Shown here: in pieces, positions 13,367 through 28,450 of the stretch
Position numbering within the stretch: position 1 is the first letter of the stretch
How the letters are laid out: the number at the start of each line of letters is the position of its first letter
Source: Lama guanicoe
Taxonomy: Eukaryota
Direction: 5' to 3'
Length of the DNA: 64,000 bases
NCBI GenBank assembly: GCA_013239625.1
Contig: MU054323.1
Span: forward strand, 7,491,220-7,555,219
Position numbers and translations under genes: made by a program
The notes under the pieces: model-generated
What the model was told of the DNA's origin: nothing
The model's database searches: none
The model's input: only the letters and a program-made list of their open reading frames with translations

Positions 13367-16289
13367 CTGCAAAATAAATTATATTAGAAATAATTGCTAT
13401 CTGGAACCACAAAAGCAATTAAACGTATCACTAAATATCAAGCAACCAGTATACTGATTCCTACCCTTATGTTACAATGTTACCACATTTAGAAACCTTG
13501 GATTTTTTTTTTCTTTATAGAATTAAAGCTTCACCTATGCTATGTGAACAGTGTTTAAACTAACCTGTTTCATTTGGAAAGGAGCTTAGAAACACCCTGT
13601 AAAGCAACCTCTATTGGCTTTGTAGGCAAAGTCCAAATGGATAAACCTGAAATAAACTTCCTACCAACTTGGTCCATTAAATCCACAGCTGAGGTGTTTA
13701 TATATTCAAATCTGAGGCACCATCTGGTTTGAATAATATTTCAGAAATGTGTCCTTCCATCAGGATAGCATCATAACAGCTTACTGTTATGTATTAAAGC
13801 GACAGGATGCATACTGCTATAAAGTTTTATAGTTCATTCATCTTTGCTTTTACTGTAACAACTTTTATGTCACCATGTGTTGATTCTAAGAAGCTCGTCT
13901 GTCCCATCTGAGACATCAGTGTCAGATCTTATACCACAACTGTGAGAAAAGTGAAGGGAAAGGGACAGTAATATTAATTCTTCTTCAGGAACTAGAAAGA
14001 TGAAACGTAGAACATAAATGAACTACCCACATTATTGCTGTACACCACCTGCAGAGCCAAGGCAACACGAGCAAGGCCCCCCACCCCATCCTCTGCACCG
14101 TGGCCACTGCTCCAGCCATTCAACTACGCCCTGGTCTCAGAGAAGATGAAAACATCACTGGCTGGTTTTTAAAGTCATATGTGTAAATTAACAATGGGCT
14201 TGTGTTAATTTTAGAAAGCTTGTCCTTAAAAAGTTTCATAGTAACTTAGAGTAAAATATCTTTGCAATAATGAGAACTATATCATCTTGGTTTTGAAAAG
14301 CAAATGTCATCCTATTTATATTTACCAATGGTCCTAATAAAGTGTCTCCTATTTTCCAAACCTTTTGGATATAATAAGATCACAAGTGAAAAAGGCAAAT
14401 GGTCAATAAGCCAGAAAATTCTCAGTGAAAATGTTGCCAGGAGATACCAATGTCTGTAACAGTCTAATTTTTAACGATCACATCTCATTAAGTTTATTCA
14501 TGAAACAGGAATCCCTAAAACTAGCTCAAATTAGAATGGGTTTTTTTAAATATATAGTTTTTCAGAAATACAGATTCTGCTCCATGTCTTATGTAGTACC
14601 TGGCAATATGGCACCTAGAAATGGTAAGGAATATTCCTACGCTAAATATTCATTGCATTATATGAGCAACATGAGTGGCTACAAAGAGCCTCAACTACGT
14701 TCAAAATAATGGGTTTCTAAGACTGACAGAGAACTTTTACAGTGGGTATTTCTGTTCGGTCACCAACCACCCAAATGCTGAGTCTACATTTAAGCACACC
14801 CTACCTTATGCGACAAGTACACTTTCCACTATCAAAGTAGGAAGAAAGGGAAAAAAAAAGATATTTGCTTTCTCATCTTTCTTTGAAACTATGACAGTGG
14901 CACATAACACAAGCTCCACCAATAAGATGCACCCACTCTAGCCTACAAATAGAAAACAATTAACTGGTAGAAGCAAGAACTCCAAAGAATCCACCTGGCA
15001 AGGATGGAACAGGAGCAGTTACATCCAGTGTCCTGAGAGCAGGGATTCTTGCAGCAGCGCCCACCGCCCAGCGTCAGTGGTATCTGGGGCACAAGCAGCA
15101 GAATCTATGCTCAGCTTGGTAGCAGAGGTGCACCCCAAGACCAGTTTTGGGGTATGATTTTGAGCTCTGTTCTTGGTGGTGTGGTCTTCAAGCCTACTTT
15201 CCCAAGGTTCTCAGAGAGCCAAGGGGTTGCCTTTTAATAAATTAGCCAGAGATGGATCCTATTGCTTACACCTAAGAACTCTGATGGACGCAGCTTCCAT
15301 CCTGAAGCAAAGTGGCCCAGAAAAATGAAGCAACAGGAAAAAACATTCCAGAAGCCCTGAGCAAGGGCCAGTAAGCCTGACGACCAGTAGAGCAAGAACG
15401 AAGAACATGTGCCCGCCAACAGAAGAGTTAGGCCTTGCTGCACAGCTAACAACATTTTTTAAGGTAAACTTCCTCAAGACATTTTTTGCAAACACAGACT
15501 TCATGATGCAAAAATGCCAATGAAATTCCACTGGGGAAAGTAAAAATTAATGTTAGAAGAGATTTCCATAGAAATCAGGATACTGATTGCCTCCGGGGGA
15601 AGAGAGAGAAGTTGTAAGACAGCAAGGACAACACGAGGGGCATCTGGGGTGCTGACAGCACTCTATTTCTTGGCCTCTGTGTATTTACATGGGTATTTGC
15701 TTGATAATAATTCATTAAACTGTACTTTGTTCTAGCTATTTTTCTGTATTTTCTCTTTCTGAATAAAAACTGTTTTAAAAAAATGAATCCTGAGAAAGTG
15801 AGGGTTATTCGACAAAGCTCCTGGTTTAAGGGGGAGAATGATGACAGGGAAAAATACATGTTAAAAAACATTTAAGATAAACAAACTGCAATGCATAAAA
15901 CGTTCCACAATAAAATTTCTGTAATAAAATGCATAAAAAGAATAAAAACATTAAAAATCTCAAGACCCAGGCCCCATCTTTAGATGTTAAGACTGGCTAT
16001 CATAATAAAGAATGAAAAAACATAAAAGATAAAGAATTATATCCAAGTATCCAAGACAGATTACTAGGTTCAAAAAAAAAAAAAAAGCAAAGCATGGGGT
16101 AAAATAGAATGCAATCTAGCAATTATGCTAAAAAGGAGAGAGTAAAAATAATATTCTCATATATCTGTATTTTATAAACTGTCTGAAAGGATACTGACAA
16201 AATAACATTGGTTGCATCCAGGGTGGAAAGCAGGCAGCCAAAGGAAAGCAACGGAAGGGTGGGCACTTTCCATTTTATTCACATTAAGC

Positions 16290-18050
16290 GTTTATACTAG
16301 AAGGGAAGAAGGGAAGGTTCTCAAGCCAATAATCTAAGCTTCTAACTGAAGGCACTTCGAAAAAGGACAGCAAATTAAACCCAAAACAAGCAAAAGGGGA
16401 AAAAAATGAGTAAGAGCAGAAATCAATGAAATTGAAAACAGAAAAACAATACAGAAAATTAATGAAACCAAAAGCTGGTTCTTTGAATACACCAGTAATA
16501 TTGATAAACCTCTAGCCAGACTGACTAAGAAAAAAAGACACAAATTACCAATATCAAGAATGAAAGAAGGGTATCACCACAAGTTCTCTAAACATTACAG
16601 AAATAATCAGGAAATGTTCCAAAAACCTTATGTCCATAAATTCAACAACCTGGATGAAATGGACAAACACAAACTAAGCCCTGAAAAACACAAACTATGA
16701 AAGCTCATTCAAGAGGAAACAGGCAACCTGAAGAGGCCCATGTCCATGATGGAAACTGAATCTGTATTTTTAAGCCTTCCAAAAAAAGAAAGCTCCTCAG
16801 AGAACTGTTCTGGCGAATTCTACACACTTAAAAGAAAAAATAATTGCATTTCTACTCTCTTTCAGGGAGTAAAAAAGGAAGGAACACTTCCCAATTCTTT
16901 TGTGAGGCCAGCATTATTCTGACACCAAAAACACATAAATACATTACAACAAAAGAAAATAACAAGTCGGTGTCCGTCATGAATAGAGAGACAAAACCTT
17001 CAACAAAATGTGAGCAAATCAAATGTAGCAATATATAAAAATGATTTAAAAACCACAACCTAGAGGGGAGGATATAGTTCAAGTGGTAAAGAACATGCTT
17101 AGCATGCATGAGGTCCTGGGTTCAATCCCTAGTATCTCCTCTGAAAATAAATACACCTAATTACCTCCACCCCTCACCAAAATTAAACAATACAATAAAA
17201 TTTTTTAAAAAATCACAACCCAGAGGGCTTTATCCCAGTAACACTAGTTTGACACTGAAAACCAATCAATACAATTACCATATTAACAGACCCCCAAAAA
17301 AGCCACGTGATTATCTGAATAGATGCAGATGACAAAATTCAACATCTACTTTTGATACTCTCAGAAAACCAGGAAAAGAAAGGAACTTCCTCAGTTTGAT
17401 AATGAACATCTTTAAAAAAAACAAAAACAAAAAACAGCTAACATCATACTTAATGATGAAAGGCTAAGCGCTTTTCCTCTCAGATCAAGAACAAGTCAAG
17501 GATGATTGCTCTCACCACTAGAACTCAGTATCACATTGGAGAACCCAGCTGGTGCAATAAAGCAAGAAAAAGAAATAAATGCATACAGATTGAAAATTAA
17601 AAGATAAAACTGTGTCTACTCCCGACAATATGATCATCTGTGTAGAAAATCCCAAAGAACCTACTAAAAAAATCTGTAGAACCTACCAAAACACTATAAT
17701 AGGGACTTTAGCAAGGTTACAGAATACATGGTCACTATACAAAATTCAACTTACTTCTACAAATTAGCAAAAGATAACTGGAAATACCGTAGCTCCCAAA
17801 ATATGAAAAACATAAAAAAATTTTTAAAAACACATGTTCAAGATTTGCACACTGAAAACTACAAAATACTGATGAAAGAAAAAGAAAATGTAGAGACACA
17901 CCATATTCATAAAATCAAAGACTCAATATTGTTAAAATGTCAGTTCTTCCTAAACTGAACAAAATCCTGTTGTGATTCAATGCAACCCCCAATTCACAAT
18001 AGGATATTTCTGTAAAAATCAACAAGATGATTATTTAAATTTCCTTAAAG
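16290..18050 (+). mobile_element. Old LINE-1 ORF2 (RT region) fragment, interrupted by a SINE
   Basis: aatgaaaccaaaagctggttctttgaa, GTLPNSF..ASIILTPK (ORFs 16740, 16844) and caaggatgattgctctcaccac are ORF2 hallmarks. Many frameshifts. Confidence 0.88.
17065..17207 (+). mobile_element. Vic-1-like SINE inserted in L1
   Basis: tRNA-Ala-like head; TSD aaaaaccacaacctaga / aaaaatcacaacccaga. Confidence 0.9.
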
Positions 18051-21000
18051 TTCTAAATCCATACAAATCTCAATAAGGTACAAGATTAAAGATACCATTC
18101 ATATGCCTAAACATCCCCTCCCGCCCTGCTCTTTTAAAAAGTTCCTCATGTTATTTTAATATGCATCCAGAGCTGAGAACTACCAACACAGAGCTTTGAA
18201 TGCAACACAAAGACTTCAGCTTTTATTTTGCAGGCAACGATGAATCAAAGAACATAATGAAAGATCAAAGAGAATTAATCATACTGTGTGTAACTCTTTC
18301 TGGCTCCAAATGGAATGTTCTTTCTTCAAAGAGACAAAATAGTATCTATTCCTTGCGGCAAAGAAGGAACTAATGCCATCTGTGCAGACTTACAGGGGAG
18401 TGTGGCAGAGCCCAGCACACTGGCAAGAGGCCCAGGTCAGAATCAACCCTGCTATAGAAGAGAGTATTCATCAATAAATGCCGTACAGCATGACTTAATG
18501 GGTCTATCACTCCTGAAAATTTTAAACAGCACTTTCCCCTTGTCTTCAAATGCTTTAGAAACACTAATATTTACAACACTTCATATCCCTTATTCAAATA
18601 TTCTTTAACTCAACTCTGTTGCAAATCATAGTTCTAGATTCAGAAAGTCTTCTGTTCAAATACAGAGTAGCAACTGTACTTTTCAATTGGCCTGGATCAG
18701 CACTAAAACACCTGTATCCTTTTCCACTTATTAAGATTATTACTAGTCTCAGATCAAGCAGTCTGTAGCTGCATTAACAGAATAGTGCATTAACTCCCCA
18801 ACTCCACACATTACTGATAACTATTAACTCATCACCTCTCATACCTACTTTCCAACTGTTCCCCCATTCACAACAGCCACACAGCAATCTCCCCAATCTC
18901 CCACCCAACCAACCGTGGATCTTCTCTCCTCTCTGCCTGCATGCCCTTCTTAGTGTGCAAATGTATGTATGCTTAGCTCTGCCTGCTTTATTGAAGGTGA
19001 GGGGATATGCGTCTAAGTGTAAATGTGTAACTCAACAGGATAACAGGAAAACATGTCAGGCTGAGGGCAATTTAGGCATGGGGAAAAGGAGAGGTATCTG
19101 AGATTAAGGATCACAGTAAATATGAGGGGGATGAATTTGCAGGCAGGAGAGATTTGGAAATGGTGCTTAGTGAGCCTTTATATTTAAGAACCTAATTATA
19201 TGTATGTAACTGCATTCTGAGAACAGGGGAGTGGGCTCAGGCCATAATTATGAGCTCATCTTCCCTACATACAATGCTTACCATCACTTATAACTTTAGG
19301 TTCACAGTTTCAATTATCAAAAGGTTTATTCACCCTTCAAAAGGAAATATTAATATAAACAAGTTAACAAATGATATATTTAAAGATATTTATAAATACT
19401 TCATAAAGATACTGATATAAAAATCCAAGTATAACAGCATAAAGAAATAATAAAATTAGTGAAGGGGTGTTGTCACAATTCTTACTTCCTTAAGTCATGT
19501 TATTTTTATTTTTCTTCCAAAAGAAAAAAACTTAGCTTCCTTCTCTCAACTACTTGCTTTGTAGGCCAAACTTGCTTTGTAGGCCAAAGCATTTACGCCT
19601 TTGCTCTGAATGCTTTTCTTGGCATTGCAATCCCTCAGTCTACTTTAAGCCTAACTACAACTTCCTATAACGTCCCCTAAACGCAGCGAAGGGAACGTGT
19701 CCCTTTCACTTTTCTCCTGTTTCCTTAGAGCTCTGCATTCTTCCTCTGAGATTAGAGGCAGTGAAGAGAAACTGCAGTCTCAGCCTATTGCAGCCTAAGA
19801 CCCTAGGATTCTGTCCTTTATCTAATTGATTCCTTCTTCTCAGAGAAATTTCTTCTTGATCCTTCCCACCAGACATCTGAATTTAATCCATATACCCTGG
19901 TCAAGCTACATTTAAAACTGAGTAGTCAGCTTCCCCTGGCCATGGTATAGATAACCACACCAACATCCCTGTCTTCAGTACTTCCAAAGTCAACTCCAAG
20001 TTCATAGCAGAATCAGTTCTCTTCAAACAAGATTTGGAAGGATATTTAACCTGGTTTCATCACAAAAAAATGTGATTCTCTTAAAATCTGGCCTAGCTGG
20101 AGGGCTGATTAGTAGGTCAATTCTTAAATATAATACAATTAACAGTGATAGTTAACCCCTGCAGAGAGATACTAAAATGAATAAATGGACAAACAGGTAA
20201 CATTTGTTGAGGATGACTGGAGAGAGGAAACTTGTTACTTTAACCCCATCCCCACAGAATCTCTCCGGGGAGCACCCTCCCTCAACAAGCAACACGATTC
20301 TCCTTCCCAGACTTTTCTGTGTGATTCATCTTCACAGACCTACCATTTCACAGTCGACAATAAACCGTGCTCACGACTTCTAAAAAGAGTTCTTAAGATC
20401 CAACACTGAGAAAATACCGTGATTAGCTCTGTGCCAAGCTAAGCAGACAGTGAGTCACCCTGTAAAAAACACTGTTATGTTGTAACATGCAGGCACCTTC
20501 AGACGTCTCTGCAATCCTCACTTGTGACCTCTGGATGGGAATTTGCTCATTTCAATTTAGTAAAGTCTCAAATTCTGCCTATTTTGGGATATTTAACCTA
20601 ATCTGGATGGTGTTTATAGCTTTCCACTATCTATCTAATAAGAGCTTGCTATTCAAATTAATATTTCTGAAAACAAGACTACAGGGAGCGTTTTTTACTT
20701 AAAAAAAAAGTTGTTTCTACATCTTTGGCAAACAACTGTAAACGCTGCCAACCATAAATTAGTACTTATCACATAAAAATAGACTTCTACTTCAGAAACA
20801 CTATTACCAGTCCAAATACCACACATAATAAGAGCATTTCTAAATGCTCTTTAGTAATTAGATTTAGTAAAATCTCCTTGATTTTCAAAAATTCATATTT
20901 TTCCAATCAATCTTAATTTACAAAACTTCACAGTGAACAGATTATGTAACAGTCAACAGCAAATCAAGAATCCACTTGGCAAATGTCAAATAACTTACTC

Positions 21001-21059
21001 AAGCAAAATCAACATAGAATATTACTCAAATTTATCACAATCACAATGCCTCCTAATTT

Positions 21060-21600
21060 TCATTTCAATCTTACAAATATTTATTAAGAACCCAGCACTG
21101 TATCTGTTGAGGTATCAAAGAAATACAAGGTAGAATCTCTGCTCTCAAGGACTTAACTGAAATAAGGATCTTATTTTTGTATAATTAGGAAGCAGTTCGG
21201 AGTATTATATAATTGAAGGTAAAAATAATGATACAGACAAGTACTCCAGATCATCATAGGGATGAAAATGGGATTGGTGACAATAAGGAAGCCTACAGGG
21301 TAGGTAAAAACTTGACTGCAGACGGGGTGGGGATGGGGTGCGGGACGGGAGACAAACCAAAATGCATGGAGAGAAGAAATGAGCATGCCACATTGGAAAA
21401 ACTAAAAAGTGCCTCAAGTAGTTTAATTAGAGTTTGGGGTGAACATGGATTTAAGGACTGCCTGATACCATCTGGACCTGAGGAGTACCAACTTCATTCA
21501 GAAACCACAGGTAGTCTTTGAAGGTTTCTGAGTGGGAAGTTACATGATGAAAACAATGTCTTAATCAGATTACTTTGGAGATGAGTACTGAATGGACTGG
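21060..21600 (-). mobile_element. L2 fragments
   Basis: acaaatatttattaag...ctgctctcaagg and tttgaaggtttctgagtgggaagttacatgat are L2-like. Confidence 0.5.
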
Positions 21601-23574
21601 AGAAGTCTCTGTTACTTCCTCTCTCCTCATTTTCAGAGAAAAATCAAGGCAAGGAGAAATCAACACTCAGAAAAAGTATTCGTCTTGCTCTTTAAAAAAA
21701 AAATTATAAAAAGGAAACAATAAAATAAGACCAAAATAATAATCAAAAAATTTTTTTCTGAAATATTAGCTAATGGTCAAACTCTTTGCAGGTTTGCATA
21801 TCCTGAAATCAGACAGATTCCTCTTTGAAAATTAGTACAAATGGATGAGTTTTCTTGGGAGAAAAGAAAAGCTACAAAACAAAGAGTAAGTAAGTGATGG
21901 GAAGAATACTAAGCGAACTTCAAGCGCTCAGACTGGCATTGGTGGTGTCACATCAGGCATCACACCCTCCACACGACATCAGTGCACACGACAGCGGCAT
22001 CCTGTATCCTCCTCCACCACAGTAGCTTTTCTTCTCTATTCTGCAATAGGTTTCCCCTTAGGATTTCGCCTCCTTAAAACATTCAAAACCCCTAGTTCAG
22101 TACCCACCATCCCCTGGAAATTTCCTAGAAGAGTTCTGATCACATCCTTCTACAAGTTAAATGTGCTACTATCCAGGGCATCAAAAACTTCCCACTCAGC
22201 ACTAGTTCTCTTCTCTTTTTATTTGGCCGTTTCCTGTCATCTTGAATCCATCAAAGAACAAGCAGGGGTATTCGTAAATACTGTACATAAATACATGAAA
22301 TGTTTGTCCCTCCTAGGAAATTATAGTTTTGTTTAAAAATCACTAATGAGGAAGACAGTAACCTAACATTAGCTTTTTTAGCAATGTCCATTCCATAATA
22401 TGCTAGCCAGGCACATTCAGAATTTAAGAAATACATTTGCTTTTATTTAAAGTGAACTAGTTTGGTTTTGATTTGTTTTTTCATATTGCTTCATTTTCCA
22501 CATCCAGCATTAAAAGGGAACTATGGAAACTTTTAAATATATCCAAATTAAACTGCTAAAAAAAGACTTTAAAATAGTTCTCAGCCATACTTCCAAACTA
22601 CACAGGAATTTTTTCAATATAAAAATCATCATAAGTTAGATATATAAAAGTCTTTACCCTAAAGGAATCTTCTGATTATTCAAATTAGCAAGAGTGTTTT
22701 CTACTGTTATTTTCGATGGTAAACAATACCCCTGGGCCTTTCATTGATATGTTATATTTTGACGACTTTATCCAAGCCTAGTTTCATTAGATACATGATT
22801 TTTTATAGGTTTGTTCCATTTGAGGTGGAATTTCACTATACCTCTGAACCAACATTTTTGGTGAAGGCCACAGACTCCTTTTCAAAACAAATCCTGATGA
22901 AAAAAATGGGAGAGAAAATAGTCAGATAAAGTCAGGAACTCATTATAGAACATTTGTCTTTCTGGAAAACAGAATACAATAATGATCCAAGAAGAATGGC
23001 TTAAAACATAAAAAGGATTAAAATATAAGAAGTTTAGAACAGCAGTTCAAAATGAGGTAAGTCTTCTAGAAAATACATCTTTTGTCAGAAATCACTATGG
23101 CCCAACCAACAGCTGGCACCAGACCTGCCCCTACAGCAGCAAGATTACGAAAGGAGGCTCTATACATACATCTAAATATTAAACTTACCAATCAAGCTAA
23201 AAGGTTATTAATTAAAATCTGTCCTATCTCTGTTCAATGATTAACATGCCTTCATAATGGCCTGGAAAGTCAAATTCAGATTGAGGACTCTGAGACACTA
23301 CACACTCCCACGTGGGGAGAGCCCAGTCCCCTTTTCCTCCCACTTCCAATAACCATACTTCAAAAAATCACATATGCAAGTGGACACTCCAACTCCACGT
23401 CCACGTTTTGCCCACATCCACTACAAACATCCAAGCCAAGACCACCCCTCGGACCCAGGGGTACAACTACCTTAAAACACGAATGTTAAAAAACAGGACA
23501 ACTTACACCAGTTTCAAAAGCGTAAGTATTAGAACAAATGGACCGGGAACTTAAAAATCAACGTGATAAATACA

Positions 23575-23976
23575 TTAAAGAGACATATGAAAATAGACAT
23601 CTTTAGGGAAATACAATTCAAAACCACAATGGGCTATCACCTCACATCTGTTATGATGGCTATTATCAAAAAAACACAGTAAGTAACAAGCGCTGGTGAG
23701 GATGTGGAGAAAAGGGAACTTTTGTACACTGTTGGTAGGAATGTAAACTGGTGCAGCCACCATGGAAAACAGTATGGAAGTTCTTCAGAAAGTTAGAAAT
23801 AGAACTATCAAATGATCGAGAAATTCCACTTCCAGGTATTTATCCAAAGAATATGAAAACACTAACTCAAAAAGATTCTCCACCCCCTCCACCCTCCGTT
23901 CAATGCACCATTATTTACAACAGCCAAGACATGGAAACGATCTAAGTGTCTATCAATGTATGAACAGGTAAAGAAA

Positions 23977-24011
<35 letters not shown>

Positions 24012-24565
24012 GAAACATTCAGCTACAAAAAAAGAAGGAAATGTAGCCATTTGCAACAAAACATGGATTTTGAGGGCAGTATGCTAACTGAAATAAGTCA
24101 GACAGAAAAAGACAAATATGATCTCACTTATATGTGTAATCTTGAAAAAAAGAAAGAAAGAAAGAGAAAGAAAGAAATCCCTAGTTCATAGATACACAGA
24201 TTGGTGGCTGCCAGAAGTAGGGGGTGGAGAGTGAGTGAATTGGATTAAGGGGGTCAAAATGTACAAACTTTCAGTTATACAATAAATAAGTCCTGGGGAT
24301 GTAATGTACAGCACGGTAACCATAGTTAAAAATACTGTATTGCATATTTAAAAGTTCTTAAGAGAAATTTTATATGTTTACATCACAAGAAAAAAAATGC
24401 TGTAACTATGTACAGTGACGGATGTTAGCTAGACTTATTATGGTGATCATTCCACAATATATACAAATATTGAATCATTATATTGTACACCTGAAACTAA
24501 TATATTATATGTCAATTATATTTCAATAAAAATATTAAAAAATAAAAGTCAAACTAAAAAAAAAG
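23575..24565 (+). mobile_element. LINE-1 3' end (L1MA-like), ORF2 C-terminal remnant and 3'UTR, with internal (TG)n and (GAAA)n
   Basis: ORF 23751..23945 (WKTVWKFFRKLEIEL...IPLPGIYPK) is ORF2-like. Typical 3'UTR and A-rich tail. Confidence 0.88.
23978..24006. repeat. (TG)14 microsatellite inside L1
   Basis: Read directly from the sequence. Confidence 0.95.
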
Positions 24566-24569
24566 GAGA

Positions 24570-27500
24570 CAGCGTTATGAAATAAGAACCATATATCATG
24601 AAAAAAAAATTTTAGCTATACTAAGTGTGAAAAATATAACACCTAAAAAGTAACATAATAGATGGGACAAACAGTAGAACGACTCTAAATGAAGAAGAAA
24701 TTAATGAGTAGAAATGCAGGTTGATAAACTCTACTGAAAGAAAGCAGAGAAAGTTAAAGAATTGATCCATATTATGAGAAACATCAGGGGATAGAGGAAG
24801 TAAATATGACAACCTTCCAAAAAAAGAGAAAAAATTAACAAAAACAGAGGAAATCTTTGGAGAAATAATAGGTAATGGCAGACCAGTTAATTCTGATCAT
24901 CTCTTCCTCTGAGCAAAAGCAGAAAAGATGGGGAAAAAAATTTTTATCTCCCTGAATGCAAACGAGGACTAACAATTGAATTACCTAATGCAGGGGAGCT
25001 GGATGCCCAAGGAGGTGAGTGCAATGGCTGAAACCACTTTTTCCATGCAAGTGATTTTCAGATTTCAGAGGGGGAACCAGAAAGGCTGAAATACAGAACA
25101 GTAACTCTTTGACAGCATTAAGGGGCTAGAAGAGAGACGTGGAACGCTGAATCCAGATGAAACTGCCTACTCTGGCTCCCATTACTGTGGGTTGAGAATG
25201 CAAAGGCTGCACCTAAAAGCACTAGTGTGAGGAAGTAAAACAGGTCCTCACATGCGCCATATCACAGACTGAACTCAGGGCATTCTGGACTGTTAAGGTC
25301 TCCAAATAACTGGCAAAAGAACACAAATCCTCTCTGTAAGAAAACATTATCCTAGGCCTCAAAGTATTTCTGCAAATAATTCTGCAATATAATGTCTGGT
25401 ACATAATAAAAATTAAAAATAACTTTGCAATGTTTCTCACATTATAAAAGGTAACAAGGCAAAAGGGAAATAAGACAACATGAATGAGAAACAGGAACAG
25501 CAAATAATACAAAAAGAATCACAGAGAATCCAGATAATGGAATATAAGCACAGATCTTATAACTATGCTGATTATATTTAAGGAATAAGAGACAAAATGA
25601 CATAAAATGACATATTTGGCATCTTGGCTGAAAATTAAGAAGGAGGAGGATAAGGAAGAGAAGAAGAAAATCTTAAAAGTTGCCAGAGGAAACTGACAGA
25701 TTACCATCAAAGAAGCTAAAATTACATCCACCATTGATTGAGTAATAATGGAAGCTAAAAAAAAAATACTGGAACAATATTCTTAAAATGTTGAAAGGTT
25801 TAACCACTGTCAACCAAAAATACCATATACCAAATGAAAATATTCTTGAAGTGTGAAGGTGAAATATCCATACAAAAATGAAGAGAATGTGTCACAGTCT
25901 GACTTGCAGAAAGGAAATAACAAAAGGTGTTCTTCAGGCAGAAAGAAAATAATTTCTGATGGAATCTTGAAAGTGCAGGAGAGGACGAAAAAACAACAAA
26001 ATTAATGTATTTAAAGTTAAGCAAACATTATTTTATTATACAGCAAATTATCAGTTAGTTTACCATAGACTTACCTATAAATAAATGTTTAACTATATAA
26101 AAATTAATAAGGACTGCTTGGTTTTAAATATATATGAAATAAAAATACACAATCTCAATGACATAAAAGAGGAGGTAAAAATTAAAGTGTCCTGAAACCA
26201 AAATGGTATAGAAACACAGCAGTCTTTGCATTGCCTAGAAAGAGAGTAATGGTACCAATTAATATCAGACTTTGAAAAATCAAGAACACATACTGCAATC
26301 TCTAGCACAAAAAGAGAGAAATGAAGGGAACAGCTACAGATGAAAAGAATCTTAAGGGAATATCAATCAACTGCAATGCATGGACCTTACTTGAATCTCA
26401 AATTAAACAAAACATTAAAAAATTTATAAAGAATTAGTGAAATGGATATTTTAAGATATTAATAAATATTTATTAATTTTTAGGTGAGATAATGGCATTA
26501 TGATAATAAATTTTTAAAGGAGCCCCATCTTTTAGAGATACAGATGCACTGGAATATTGACATGTGAAATAATAATGATACGTGAGATCTGCCTCAAAAT
26601 AAGCCAAGAAAGTGGGGAAAGGGGAGGCAGAGAGCCTGGGGATATAGATGAAGTAACACTGGCCCTGTATTGATAATTACTGAAGCTGAGTTACAGGCAC
26701 ATTGAGTGTTATTACAATATTCTTCCCATGTTTGTATATATTTGAAATTTTTCATTAATAATATTTCAAGAAAGGAGGTTGGAGGAGTGGAAAAAATATT
26801 TTAAGAAAAAGATATTTAAGAAAACTAAAAAATCAATTGGGAGAATATACATACAAGACACAATCAAGAAAGGATTATCTAGATTATATGTATGAAGAAC
26901 TACAAATCAATACAAAAAGAAAAAAACATCACACTAGAATAATGGGCAAAAGACACAAAGAGGCATTTCACAGAAGTAATATATACGGCCAACAAACACA
27001 AGAAGAAACTCAGTAATCAAGAAAATGCAAATCAAGACACTGAGAGGTCATTTAGCAAAAACTACAAAGTCTGACAATTCTAAGGCTTACACACTGTGGA
27101 TCAAAAAGATCTTATGCACTGGTACTACATGGAAAAATAATTTGATATTTTCTAAATCTCAGTTCAGTTCTAAAGCTGAACTTTCATATACCTCACAGTT
27201 CAGCAATTCTATTCCTCAGTTTAGAACTAAGAGAAACATTTGTATATATGTACTAGGACACACACGTAAGAATATTCCAAGCAGTGTTGTTTCTTAGAGC
27301 AAAAATCAGGAAAAAACCAGAATGGCATAGAAACACAACAGAATGTTATACAGCAGTGAAAATAACTCAACTACAGCTACAGGCAACATGAATCTTTAAA
27401 ATATACTACTGGGTGAAACAAGTAAGTCAGATAATAGCAGGTTTGGCACAGCACTCTTCTTATAATTGTACAAATAATTAAAATCAAATAATACTTTGTT

Positions 27501-27650
27501 TATGTCTGTATATGTGGAAAAATGTTTTTCTAAGAAGCAAGGAAATGATAACCAAAATCAGAATAGGGTTCAAATTAGTTAGGTGCAGGTCAATAGGATA
27601 GGTTAGAAGAGATAAATGTAAATTATTGTCAACATTCACGTTTCTGGGTA
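24570..27650 (+). mobile_element. Cluster of old, degraded L1M fragments (5'/ORF1-like, L1MC-like 3' end, L1ME-like 3' end)
   Basis: A-rich plus strand with L1 motifs, e.g. aatgggcaaaagacac...atgcaaatcaagacac and tatcaatcaactgcaatgcatggacctt. Boundaries approximate. Confidence 0.65.
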
Positions 27651-27987
27651 GGTAGATGTTACTAACTTCTAAGAATGAACAAGGGAAGAAGAGTATATAC
27701 TAAGAAGACCAGTTAGAAGCTACAGCAGTAGTCCAGGCAAAAGCTGATGCTGGTGGTCTGGGATGGTAGCAGTGAGGATGGAGAGAAGTACACAGATCTG
27801 AAGGCTATTTCAGAGGTAGAAATGAAAGAACTTGATAACTGACAACTTGTGGGGGCTGACTGAGAAGGAAGACTTATAAATGATTCTCAGGTTTCAGGTT
27901 TAAGAAACTGGATGGACAGTAGGGCCATTTAGCAAGAAAAGGAACCACAAGTTTATGACGTATTGCAAGGAGTTTAGGGGTGAACAC

Positions 27988-28450
27988 TGTAGTCATCACC
28001 TTCATACTGAGTTTAATCATCCCCAGTATGAGGCAACATGCAGTGAAGGTGAGAATTAAACTATCCTCTGCTCTAGACGCACAAATCCTTGGTTTCTGCT
28101 AAAAAGCGTAACCCACATACATGGCCCAAATGCACATTTCTGGAGGTTCAGGTACATCTGTTTGGTGCTGAAGGAAAACTGGCTCTTTCCCCCTACCCAG
28201 ACTTGAAAAAGGAAGCACTCAGTAGCTGCCAGCAGGCATTTTCTGAAGTCAGCTTTTAAGATGAAACTGATATAAGAGGAAGGCAAAGCCAAGACCACTA
28301 TAAAGAAATGAAGCCAGGGCGCTGATGGAACCAAGATCCCGGGCTGGCCTGCCTCTGGCTCCTCCGTTATGTGAGCCTACATTCCTCTCACTGTAAAAGT
28401 CCATCGGAGTAGGCTTTCTATTGCTCACAACTGAAGACATCGAACTAATG
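27988..28450 (+). mobile_element. MaLR LTR (MLT1-like)
   Basis: tgtagtcatc start; gttatgtgagcctacattcct...gaactaatgca end. Confidence 0.5.
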
